64,000 bases of DNA from Selaginella moellendorffii (lineage: Eukaryota > Plantae > Lycopodiophyta). Below the pieces are notes generated by a model. It was not told the DNA's origin and made no database searches. It saw nothing but the letters and a program-made list of their open reading frames with translations. The stretch lies in the NCBI RefSeq assembly GCF_000143415.4, contig NW_003314323.1, positions 996,499-1,060,498 of the forward strand, in the 5' to 3' direction. Shown here in pieces: positions 11,659 through 23,379 of this stretch (within the stretch, counting starts at the first letter, position 1; the number at the start of each line of letters is the position of its first letter). The translations under genes and the position numbers were made by a program.

Positions 11659-14600
11659 TCAGGCCTCCTTTGATTCAGATTCGGATTGTTCACCTTGAAA
11701 TAAAATACATTAGAAACTTAGTAAAGGAATATTAATGAATCTCACCTTGAACCCGGGTTATGAATGCTCTTGCTGCATCTCTTGCATGGTCTGGCAAGGT
11801 GATGGTGGCACTCTGCTTCCGCATCCAACCATGCACAACATTATCCACCGATATGCTCATGCTGGGATCCCTTGGATTCAGCACCCATCTCTTTTCTAGG
11901 CAATCCTTCGTATATCCGGAACTTGGCTTGAACCACTCCACAGTTACATTGAAGGAGTTAGTTTCCACGTCCTCCTCTGCATCAGTGATGTAGCGCCCCA
12001 CCCATATCATTTGTTTTTTATTACTGGGTCTGACAAGCATGACCATTCCTTTGCAGACCTGTACTGGATTGAATGCTGAATCCGGCTTCTTGTTCCTCGG
12101 CCCACAATAGTGATCCTCAACATCGTTATCTGTCACTGCATTTCCAGACGACATTATTCCGCTACTATCTGGTGCTCTGGGTTCTGGCCAAAAGGACTCT
12201 TCCAATTCTTCATATACAACCGGCCCATTTTGGATAGCAGATATAATCTTCTCCCAGTATTCGAGCAAAGGCTTGCACCTCTGAAAATAGGATTCTCCAC
12301 CAAACACCAACCCCCTCTTCCAGAAGGCAATATGCTGTCTAATCCCGGCCACTATACTTTCCTGGTCTTTGAGTCCATCCGGGTGCATCGGCCGTGGGGA
12401 ACCCTAAGGAATCATAGGTTCCCCAGTTATGGGATCTCTCTTGAAGAGTTCAATGCCGTCCACTGGCAGCCACACTGTGTCCCATTCTCTCATCTTGTAC
12501 CTCATCACTGGAGCACCGTCACACATGCTGAAATGAAACTGAAGAGGCTTGGAGTGGCCAATCAGCGTTTCGGATCCGTCCCTGATGTAGCCTCTTACAA
12601 ACCCCTTAAAGTCTGGAACCTCTGTCAGAAGTGCAGCTTCAACAGTGCCTTTGATGCAATTTTGGAATTCATTGTAGAGTTGTGGGAGGGTGAGGACATT
12701 GGATCGCCGGAGGGACTCTGCCAGGTGACTGAACATGGCATCGACGTCTTCATGAGTGTGCCCAACCATGAGAAAGCCAAGTGTAACCGTTTCAAATATG
12801 CCTTTGGCAACAAGCATCGCCAAGTACGCGAAGACGTACATGTTTTTGTTCTCACTGCCAGCATTGTCTGTTTGGAGCAGAAGATGGGGTGGAAGGCCAC
12901 ATCGGCCGCAAGAACTTCCTTGAGATTCTGCTTCGTTTGGATGAGGCTGTGCATTCACCGGGCGACCAGCCTCGTCGGAATGGCATGAGGCCTCACGTGA
13001 TAACCCTACAATCTGACGGCCAACATATTCACTGGGATGGCATGGGGCCCCACGCGATACTGCAAGCCTTTGCTCCTCCTCCAGCTGAACCCTGTATGGG
13101 GTTCGATCGACAAGGGCCTTATGCAAGGGTTGGCCGTTCAGCTCAGTCTGCGCACTTTGCAGAGACCTTAAGTGTTTTGCTAGGGACGCAATCATCATGT
13201 TTGCACCCCCGCCACTCCATAGAGGTACAAAGAAGTTCCAATAGTTCTGGGCACCATGCCCATGAGCGATTATGCCAAACAGAGACACAGGCAGCTGCAT
13301 GGATAAAGAGATTGCCTTGGGGGCAGGATTGAGTCGAGGTAAGCACGTCTTTTTCTGGTCCATTTTGTCGTGGATGATGCAGAGGTAAGAGTCAGGTCTC
13401 TCCATGGAGAGAATCCTGTTATGATAATATGCAGTCCTGCAGCTTCTCTGCTCGATGTTGTGGTCGAGCCGCCTTCTAACCAACGTCTCTCGCTCTTGAG
13501 CGCTGCAAGAGTTCTTCGACAAAGCCATTTTGATAGCAGTGCACTCGTCACACTTTGAAAAGCTGGAGTACTTTCCTATACTCACATCCCTGAACCTGTT
13601 GCTCCACAATCTACTAAATCTAGATTGGCTCAACTTCCTGTAGCCATTACTCTGGAGTTCCCGATTCACATCTTCCAATATGGCCCCCTTGGTATACATG
13701 GAAGGGAGAACTCGTTGGGTGTCTCGTGTTCCATCTTCCAAGAGGCGGGTTTTATGTGGTTGCTGCTCGCTACATATCTCGACAAACCTCTTGAAGATTG
13801 CCTCTCCATATACAACATGACCCCTGGTTTTGTGCGTACCGTCGTTCCCATGGACTGCCTGTTGAACCCTTTGTTCCTCGAACTCAGTTTTGATTCTGTA
13901 GAATGTGGTTCGAGGGACTCCATAAATGATTCTCCATGCCTTCATGCAGACCAAACCCCTCTGGAAGACCATGCCCCCCACCTGATGTTCTGAAGCATCA
14001 ACAGATGACCGTAATGCCTCATACACAAAATTGCGAGCTGCCTTCCAGGACAATGTCTTGTATCTTGCTCTCTCCTCTTCAATAGCATCCCAATCAGCAT
14101 GTTGACAGCACCTCCTCTTGCAACAAGCAACTGTCGAGACCATTCGAACCTCCATCGCCATTTTCTGCCTTTTCGGTTCGTTGCTCAGATCCCTTTGGCT
14201 GCGCTTTAGGAAGGTGTACTTTCTTTTCCCATGAAGAGATGTTCTGTCATCAGTTGTAGTGGTGTTTGATTGTGAATCCTTCACATTCTCAAACACTAAG
14301 TGCCTCAATTTCCACCGCACAATGCTTCCAATAGTTAGACTGTTTTCTTCTGTGTCAACAACCTCTAAAATCACAACTCCAATATCATCCCAGCCCAATT
14401 CTTGATTAGCAACCGAATCTCTTGGATCGACAACTGTGGCTAAGCCCTCAGCTACCACCTCCCCCTCGGGGTTGTTTAGAAACACGTTCGCCTGAATCCA
14501 TGTAGCACGGTTCTTAAGATCCACGGAGGGAACATGCGTCGCACTTGCGCTGTCCCCAACATCTGCTTTCTTCTGAAGATTTTTCAAGGCAACAACAACA

Positions 14601-14800
14601 TTTACCCCGACGACCATCTCTCCTCGTTCAATAGCGACCACATTCCCATCGAAGACAGTCTCTACTGATACAGCAGCATTGCCTTCCCCAAGCCTTTGAC
14701 AGTGTATAACAAAGTTCCGATCCATAGACACAAGGGTCCCTTTTGCAACTCTCTTCCCACCATTCAAAATGTAAACCTTTTCCCCAACCCTGAAGGCCAT
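11659..14800 (-). pseudogene. DDE transposase (DUF7869/Sola1-like) with two N-terminal Tnp1/En-Spm-like barrel repeats, Cys-rich region and C-terminal SH3/BAH-like barrel; one in-frame TAG
   Basis: 798-aa ORF 12404-14800 continues in frame past TAG into 11732-12388. Motifs CCKRRCC, KCDEC, HDKMD, DN..ENKN, GHTHEDVD. Two VAxG...LG...V repeats at the N-terminus. Superfamily assignment is by motif resemblance. Confidence 0.85.
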
Positions 14801-15166
14801 TCTGAAAGTGCAGAAAAGAAGTTAAGACCGTACAAAAAATGATTGGAGAATGGCCTAAATCATAACATACCAAACAACCTCAATAGCATGAGGCCACATG
14901 CCATTATTCAAACATGCTATTGACACCCACGTGAAATTTTGCATTCACAAAATTGGCATGAGGCCTCATGCCATCTTGATATACACACAGCTGCAGGCAA
15001 GTAAAAACATACATGACAATATGCTAGCCATGAAATTGCAAGGGCCCAAGATGGCATGTGGCCTCATGCCATTTCTAAATGTGGTCTTAAGCCATTCCAT
15101 GGTGAACATACCAGGAAGCACAAGTGCCGAATATCAAGAGGAAGCGATAGCCACACCAAAGACAGT

Positions 15167-15300
15167 GCCGCTCGCAACACCGCAACTACTCGTAGCGCCG
15201 CTCGCAACACCGCAACTGCTCGTAGCGCCGCTCGCACAAACTGCCACTCGCATAAACTGCCGCTCGCAATAGCGCTCGCAATGCCGCAACCGCTCGTAGA
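15167..15300 (-). repeat. CpG-rich 30-bp tandem repeat in transposase 5' leader (copy B)
   Basis: GCCGCTCGCAACACCGCAACT(A/G)CTCGTAGC repeated about 2.4 times plus degenerate CGCTCGCA units. Confidence 0.85.
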
Positions 15301-15669
15301 CGCATAAACCACAGCTCACAATGCCGCTTACACAAGCAGCGCTCACTGCGCTCAGCGGAACCAAGAACACGGCGCACAAAAATGATAGACCTAAGAATGA
15401 GTTCGAGAATTCAAAAATAACACACGCTTGAATGTCACATCAAATCCTCTGACAAACCAGATCTTATGACTCCTCTGACAAATTTCAAACTGAGTAGCTT
15501 CTAGACTTTGCTGTCGGAGGTTGAACTTTGTCACATCATGTCCTTGCCTCGATCCAGCTGTGCCATGTCAGTGATTCGAACTTTGCCATGCCATGTCAGC
15601 GATCCGCGCCAAGATTATTCGCCATGTAAAGGAATAATTATGCTCTGTGTGTACGTCCATTTATGGCAA

Positions 15670-16990
15670 TATAAGGCCACACGCCATTCAAAGAATAATG
15701 CTAGTCGAGCATTTTTTGGTGCATTTTTGGGTTCAAAATTGCATGAGCCCACACGCTATAAAGTTTACCTGTACCAAAATAGAAATAGCTTTATTTACTT
15801 GGGAATTTAAGTGGTTGAGGCATTTTTAAACTTACAAACACATGCCCTACTTACATTCCTTTGGTTGCTTAAAATTCAAAAATATTATAAACCTTTCTTT
15901 TTGCATTTTCAATGTTTTCAATTATGGTTTTTGATTTTCGCAGGACCAGCCTAGTAATCTATTTGCATCCCGTCATGTTTATAGCTAGCTTTCGTTTGTC
16001 CCTTTCGCTAGCCTGAGATACATCTGCTCGGCATCTGCCTCTTACAGCATTTGCCCAGAAAGGGCATCTTTCTTCACGCAGCATTTGCCACATGTTTAGG
16101 GTTTAGGGTTTAGGGTTTAGCAATTCAGTAGCTTGATAAACATGCAAATACAGAACTTGATGCAAAATCCTTTGATATGTCACAATGCCTTTAGGACCAT
16201 AAACACATTTCAATAGAGAGGGTCCTTTCATTTCATAGCTCTTTACGTAGATCTTGGTGAAACCAGAGTTAATGAAGTTAGTTTCTTGTGATCTCGCATC
16301 TGATTGTGATGTCCCTTTGCAGTGTCGATGGAAAGGTCAATGCACACCAAACTGTAAAATCTTGGAGCAAAATAACGGTCGGATCTATAGCAAATGCCCC
16401 TGAAACATTGTAAGGCTCGTGTGGTCTCATGTGGTGTCCGATCGAGATGCTTCTTTGCAGGGTCATCAAGAAAGACATTGTATACCATTCTGTAAAATCT
16501 AGTTGCGATCTAACGGTTGGATCTCCAGAAAACTCAAAAAAATCTCGCGCATGTCAGAATATCCTAGGAATATACTCCTATGTGCCCCTGAAAATGGCAT
16601 GCGGCCCCACGCCATTCAAGAGATAACGCTAGATGACGCCGAGAATTTTTTGGTGCATTTTTTGGGTTCAAAATTGCATGAGCCCACACGCTATAAAGTT
16701 TATCTTTCCCAAATAGAGAAAAGTTTATCTGTGTCATGTGAGGTAGTTACAGTCCTTTGTGCTCGGCATCTGCCTCTTGCAGCATTTGCACTGAAAGGGA
16801 ATTTTTCTCCATTCAGCATTTGGCCCTCAAAATGGCATGCGCCCACACGCCATTCAAGGAATAACGCCACAGGACGCCTGGATTTTTGGGTTTAAAATGT
16901 TTAGGGTTTTTTGGGTTTTTTCAAAATATTTTGGGTCCAACGTTTTTTGGGTTTCTTTGGTTCAAAATTGCATGAGCCCACACGCTATAA
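15670..16990 (+). repeat. Three dispersed ~100-150 bp direct repeats, each with two 22-bp palindrome copies, between the divergent genes
   Basis: CACGCCATTCAA...TTCAAAATTGCATGAGCCCACACGCTATAA recurs at ~15680-15760, ~16608-16697 and ~16846-16990. Confidence 0.8.
16095..16120 (+). repeat. Short plant telomere-type repeat (TTTAGGG)3TTTAG
   Basis: Read directly; absent from copy A, which has a deletion here. Confidence 0.9.
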
Positions 16991-17335
16991 TATTGATTTG
17001 AGAGAAAAATAGAAACAGATAGAATTTCTTTATTTAGCTGAACATCTGCCATTTTTGGAAATACAAGATGCTTTGGAATATCCAATCATGCATGGTATAA
17101 ATATAGCGAGGGTATTAAATGATATCCCAATCATGATCTTTCTTTTGGATTTCGCGTGCATGCAGTCCGAGGAATGATGACGTTGCGGATTTCTTTTGGA
17201 TTTTGCGTGCTTGCATGCGCACGGCAATCCAGAAATTAATGGTGGCGCCCAAGTCCGAGGAATGATGACGTGGCGGGATTACCAACCGTTGTGACATTTC
17301 GTGCGTGTGAGGTTAGATTTTGCATTTTGCTTCGT

Positions 17336-17612
17336 ACTCGCGCTCTCACACTCGCGCTCGCGCTCGCATCACACTCGCGCTCGCGCTCGCGCTCGCATCA
17401 CACTCGCGCTCGCGCTCGCGCTCGCATCACACTCGCGCTCGCGCTCGCATCACACTCGCGCTCGCGCTCGCATCACACTCGCGCTCCCGCTCGCATCGCG
17501 CTCCCACTCGCGATCACGCTCACTTCTCTACAGGTTTCTCGTGTGCATCGGCGTCCACTCGCGCTTGCATCACACTCGCGCTCGCATCGCACTCGTGTGC
17601 ATCGGCGTCCAC
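17336..17612 (+). repeat. CpG-rich minisatellite (CTCGCG)n / CATCACA-CTCGCG units upstream of the cargo gene
   Basis: Read directly; explains the low-complexity ORFs at 17270-17828. Confidence 0.9.
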
Positions 17613-17821
17613 TTCAAGACACACCCAGTTTGTAACTTCGCCGCCAACTCCGCCGCCCACTCCGCCACCCACACGCAGCCCACTTGGCGTCCCGGGAGAT
17701 TTCAGCGCCACTCTCCAACTGTAAGTGGCAGAGTAGCCTTGCTGCTACGATCCGCTGCACACACAGTGCACATTCGCCAGCGAGTCCGGCCTCGATTGTC
17801 ACGGCCTCCATTCGGCTTCAA

Positions 17822-20800
17822 ATGGTAAGTCTTTTAGGCCAAGTAGAAAATGGCATGAGGCCACATGCCATTCAGTAGCAACATTGGCATGCACCGATTG
17901 GGCTCTCGAGTGCAGTCCGGTTACAGATGGCGTGTAGCCTCATGCCATCTTAGGATGCAGCCTCAAGACATCTGATGCAGTGGTGAATGGCGTGTGGCCT
18001 CATATTATTTCCAGCTGCTAGCTTTTCATCTGTCAGCTCTAATTGTTGTGCATTTCTGAACAGGCGAGGAATTGCGTTCTTCTTCCAGCCACTGTCAATG
18101 TGGATGCAGAGAAGGGGGAGGAGCTCACCAGTTGGACTTTCGGGATGGAAGGCGAGGATCTGATGCTGTACAACACAGATGGTGGGAGAAAAGAATGCAT
18201 GGAGATCCTCATCCAAGTGACAGACACTCCATGCAGTTCCATGCAAGAATATGGACTGGCACTTGTGGTAGAGACAACATCCGCCTTCAAGATCCACCTT
18301 GCACATCCTAGCGGCTTCCCGGAGGGGGGCAGCGGCTATGAGGAATTCCTAGAGGGAGCTAGGGAGAGGTTGTCCAGGAGGCCCACAATTTCAAAGACGC
18401 TGCGGGTCTATGAAGATCACATGGAATCCACGGACCTCACCTACGGCGATGTTCAAAAACTATATTCCAACATTGAGCCGTTGAGAGTGCCTCCAGTTCG
18501 CGAAGCGAAGGGGAAGGGGGTCGATCTGGAAACTACCCCGAAGCTGAAAAGGGTGGTCAAGCTCAAGCCGACGTCCGACTCTGCTGCTCCAAAAAAGAAG
18601 CTACTCGGTGATGCCATTGCCTCGGGTTCGAACACTACACCCACCAAAAAGAAGAGCCGCAAAGAGTAGAAAGAGCAAGAAGAGGCAGCAAAAATCGTCG
18701 CAGATAATAGTACTTGTTACTATTTCAACAAAGTATATACAATCGACGTGAGCCGTATCGACATCCAAAGCAAATACAACCACAAGCTAGTATCTGATGA
18801 GTGGGTGGAGAAACTGAAGCAGAAGATGCTGGCAAGTCTAGTAACACCCGACATCGCAGACGTGATCCCCTACTACCAAACAATGAATGGCGAGACGAGG
18901 TTTCCAAACTTGATCAATAGGAAGGTGTTGGACGATCAGAACATCCGGTTCTATGCCGTCTCCGGGCAGCATTCTAGCTTGGCGATGCAAGAGATAGTTC
19001 TGGATATTATGGTGGGCGAGGAGGTGAAGAAAGTCTTCAAGACAAGAGTTGTCCGCCTGATAAAAGGCAACTCGCCCCTCCGATCTATCATATCCATCTC
19101 CCACGTGCAGAATGTCAAGCAAGAAACGTGCTACAAATCGGGTCTGCACGAGACATTGGCACGAACACGGAAGCTCTGGGTTCAACTGAAGAAGCCACAA
19201 AAACCAGGACAAGGACGTGCACTAGCAACTAGCGCCTGGCAGGTAAGCCTCGTTGCATGTGGCATAGCATGTGGCCTCACGCCATTTCCATTGCAGGAAT
19301 TCTTGAGTCTTCTCTCGAAAACACTGGGGGTCAATGACACACTCAACATCCATAACATTCTACTCGCGACAACAGTTGTTTTTGACAAATGGGTAGATGT
19401 GCTGAGGAGGTACCATGACGGGGAGTTGCTAAACTCAATGGGTGTGGAGGACGGCCGGAAGCCCAATGATTTGAAGCTCAACGCCTTGTGTTTCTCGCGG
19501 TCTCTAGACGACGACGACCTTCTGATAGTGGCTAATGCTCTTCTACGTGGTGAGGTAATCTTCAACAAGACCAAAATGACTCCCGGCCATATTGTGACAT
19601 ACGAGGACTTGTGCACGACTCTGAGAGCTCGTGCGCTATTGAAGGATTGGATCTTCGAGCAAGTGGCCGTGGAGAGGGTGAGCATCGACACCACGCAAGA
19701 GATGATGGAAGAGCTGGACTTGTCAAATGAAGACATCGACGAGTACGTGAAGGGGGCCCCCAAGTTCATCGATCTGCTGCGGGATGCCACGAAAAGTAAA
19801 GCTGAGAAGTTGGATTAGTATCCAAATTTCATTAAGAGGGATGTCGACCGCCGGCTTCAGAAACAACTCGACCCCGCAGCAGAGGCCTATCGAGAACCTT
19901 ACCGGGTATACGTGAATTCGGATGAGGATCAAAGGTGGAGGAGCATCGTTTCCTGCGGAGATGAGTAGGTCAAGAGCATCTTTTGTGTGATGGACTTCAC
20001 AAACGAAGAGATCACTCATGCAGACGAAGTCAGCTCCATCATTGACTTAATGGTGGGACTTGCGGAGGTGGAATCTTTAGTTCACTATATGATCTACGAC
20101 TCCGAATCCTATCACAAGTTCTGGAAGGCCTTGAACGAGGTGAAGGCTCGGTTGAAAGGCAAGGAGATGCGAGAGATCCATGGGATAATGGCTAAGAAGA
20201 AGATACTGACGAATGTCCGCATCTTCACACTCGCCCTTGTTATTGGTCCTGCAACAGAGTGGGACTGGAGTGACTTCCCAGCTTCGTTCGACAAGCCCGA
20301 TCGAATTGATCTGAGGGAGGTCAATTTACCCGTGCCTGAGGAACTGAAGACGGCTATGGAGCTTTCGAATCCAAAGAAAGCTCCAGGTGCAGCATGGGAA
20401 ATGCTCAGCTGAGTCTTCAACGCAATAGCGGGTGACACCAAGGGCAAATGCGTTGTCGAGTACAACTGCGGCGGACTATTCTTTCGAGCCGCACTACTCA
20501 AGGGTGTCCCGTGTGTTGCGGTGACAAACTCCATTGAAGAGGTGACTTCAATGGAGCATATAATTACAGTTGCCAAAGAAAAACAGTATCTTCTCTGCGA
20601 ACCTGGTGAGTACGCACTTTAAGTTTAAATATTATCTCACAAGCTCTGTATGCAGGAGCGTGGCCACCCCCAGATGCTGAAACGGCGTTAACAGCTACTG
20701 ATGTTAGGCCGAGCTCACAACCTGCACAAGGTAAGGTCACGTGAGGCCTCACGCCATTTTGATTATAGATTGTTGTGAATATTCAGACACGAGGACTAAA

Positions 20801-23379
20801 AAGCGCACTGGTGGCGCGTCGAAGAAGGACAAACAAACAAGCAATAGGAAAAAAGGAGGTACAAATTATATTTGCAATGGCGTGTGGTCTCATGCCATTC
20901 CTTGCAGGAGACACTTCTTCAAAGGCAAAACAGGCAAGCACCAGCCAAGCTCAAACTGACAGTGGTCATAAAAAGCGAAAGCACATTGGACAGTCGTCAG
21001 GATCAGAGGCGTTTGATTCGAAAAGGAAGAAGGGCAACGAAAAGATGATAGGTAATGCCTCGCGGTTATGGCGTGTGTGCTCATGCCATTCATTGCAGAT
21101 CAAGGGCTGAGTGAAAGGAGCCAGTCACCACCTCCTGACTCAGATTCCTATGGCGGACTCCCCTTCCCCAATCTCAATGGAGAGGTACAATGGATGAGGG
21201 ATGCTTTTCAAGTCAGGGCCACGTTTTTCTCATCTCGTCGTTTTCGAAGGGTGCAAGAACGTGCAGAAACCATGTTAAGACAGTCGGGTGAGGATACGGT
21301 CCTAGGTCAAGTACTGAAATAGGCTATGGATGTCTTGTATTTTGAGATGGAGACTCGGCCAGATGATTTTCCCAAGATGGTCCTTGAAAAACAAGCCATC
21401 CAGCCTGAGCAGCCTATGGAAGAAATGCAGGAGGGGGATGAGGAGCCAGAGAAAGATAATGAGCAGGAAGAGCAGAAGGACGAAGAGGAGGACAAAGAGG
21501 AGGAGGACGAAGAAGAGGAGGACGAAGAGGACTTGGATGGTCCTCACAATGGTGACGATCACAATAACGACGATGACGATGATGACGACGATGGCCAGCC
21601 TGAGGTGGCCAAAGAGCAGCGGAGGAAGGTCATACAAGACAAACCATCAGGTAAATAATAGTACATCCATTCCTAACCTTTTACCATTTCTAACATTGTC
21701 CATGTAGGTCGCAGAAGAAATGGTAAGTAGAGATTATTCAGTTGAATTAAGATACAAACTCTAGCCTTTAGTGTCGAGGAAGGATAGTGCCAAGCAAGGG
21801 TCGAAACGTATGTCCAATCCTTCAGAATCAGCAGTGCGCCCAATAGCAGTTGATGGTAAATACAGTATAGTCGATTCAATGTGCTAATGAGTTTGTTTTT
21901 AGTAGCCAGTAGGGAGGATACCATCTCAATCGAAGGGAGATATTTGGACATGCATATGGATCCGCTAGTGGACTCTACTTGCCTGCAAGAGTCATCAGAG
22001 CTGGTGGAGGCTACTATCCATATCAACGCCAAGCAAGCTGACCAGGCTCCACTTGATGCTGCCCATACCACTAAGTCAATCTTGTCCACGTATCCAACTG
22101 ACGGTGACCAGGCGCCATTGGACCCGCATAAGGCCGCCCCAGCCGCCGAGCCGGTCGTATCCTCATTTCCAACGGACTCAACGTGTGCCCAATCGTCTGA
22201 CTACGCGCCGTTGGAACCTCCCTACACCGCCCCTGCTGCCTATTCGGTCATGTCCACTTTGCCAACGGAGGCACCAGCTGAAATGGCGTGTGATCACACG
22301 CCATCGGAACCACCCCATGCCACTGTTGAGCCAGTTGTACCAGAGTCTACAGCTGAAATGGCATGTGCCCACATGCCATCGGATGCGATTGACCCCACAT
22401 TGCAGAGGAGAGTATTTCCGCCCTTCACGTTTCCTTGACCAAAACCCTCTGAACGACCATCGGGAGCACCATTCGCTAATATTGTAGATGGTAAAATTGA
22501 CTTGTACCATTTTTTATGCTGACGCATTTCATTTCAGAGTCACGGCGAAAGTACTGTATCGTTTTTGATCTGAATGGTGTCCTTTTCTCCCATGAGCGTG
22601 GCTCGTCCTCGAATGTCACTGCACCCTCCAAAGCCTGCAGTCGCAAGTTGGTCAAAAGAGACAGATTCACATTAATCACACGGGAGAAACTGCGGGATCT
22701 AATAATAACCATGCGACACTTAAAACAGAGGGCTGGGTTCAATTTGCAATTGGGAGTTTGGACATCCATGATGCGCCACAATGCATTAACGTTGCTACAG
22801 ATGATGCACGATCAGACGCGAGTAATATTACCATTTGACTTTCTCCTAACGCAGGAGGATTGCTTGACTATGGTCCATGTGAGGGGTAGCAAGCCCATCT
22901 TCGTCAAGCCAGAGGTTGTAGTGATGAACCGGACTGCTAGGTCAAGTGAAATCCTCATCATCGATGACTCGCCGATTAAAACTGCAGCGAACACGCACAC
23001 ATATGCAGTGCACCCCATCTCTTGCAGTATGGAAACTAGGGAGAAGAAACCGTATGTTCTGGGGGACCTTGCAAAACGGCTTGAAGCGATGGTGATAGAG
23101 AACCGGCCAGTCCAGGAGGTGGCTGCAGAAATCAACCAAATGGCAGATGGAACGGTATATCAGAAGCCATTTGATCGGACAGACACCAGTCATCATTTAT
23201 GGCATGTATATTGTCTAGCCAAGCACTATCCGCATCTCCATAATCTGCTCAACCGGATGGGTTCTTCGACCACTGAACATGAGCGTGGACGTATTAGAAA
23301 AGAGATGGCATTACTATTGGGTTTAAATCCTGATAGTGTGGAGAGTGATGAAATTCCAAGATTATTGTATAGGCGTTAG
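17822..23379 (+). pseudogene. Transposon cargo gene, multi-exon: ParB/Srx-like domain, degenerate DNA MTase-like fold, acidic/low-complexity region, FCP1/NIF-type HAD phosphatase-like domain
   Basis: ATG 17822 is followed by intron 17825-18063, which joins in frame to ARNCVLL. ORFs 18043, 18748 and 19987 share one frame and are broken only by single TAG/TGA codons. GT-AG introns at 19243-19296, 20606-20655, 20731-20786, 20859-20907, 21052-21098, 21651-21707 and 22491-22537; the last is phase-correct into ESRRKYCIVFDLNGVL. Exons between 21708 and 21905 are not fully resolved. Confidence 0.7.
22538..23379 (+). CDS. FCP1/NIF-family HAD phosphatase-like exon (intact reading frame)
   Basis: IVFDLNGVL (motif I variant), GVWTS, IFVKP, LIIDDSPIK. 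Confidence 0.8.

Noticed and set aside
16095-16120. True telomere or chromosome-fusion scar
   Set aside because: Fewer than four units, inside a transposon promoter region.
1-16383. The large inverted repeat as the TIRs of one giant foldback element
   Set aside because: The same-side TIRs face inward and copy B has its own second TIR at 23819; these are two separate copies.
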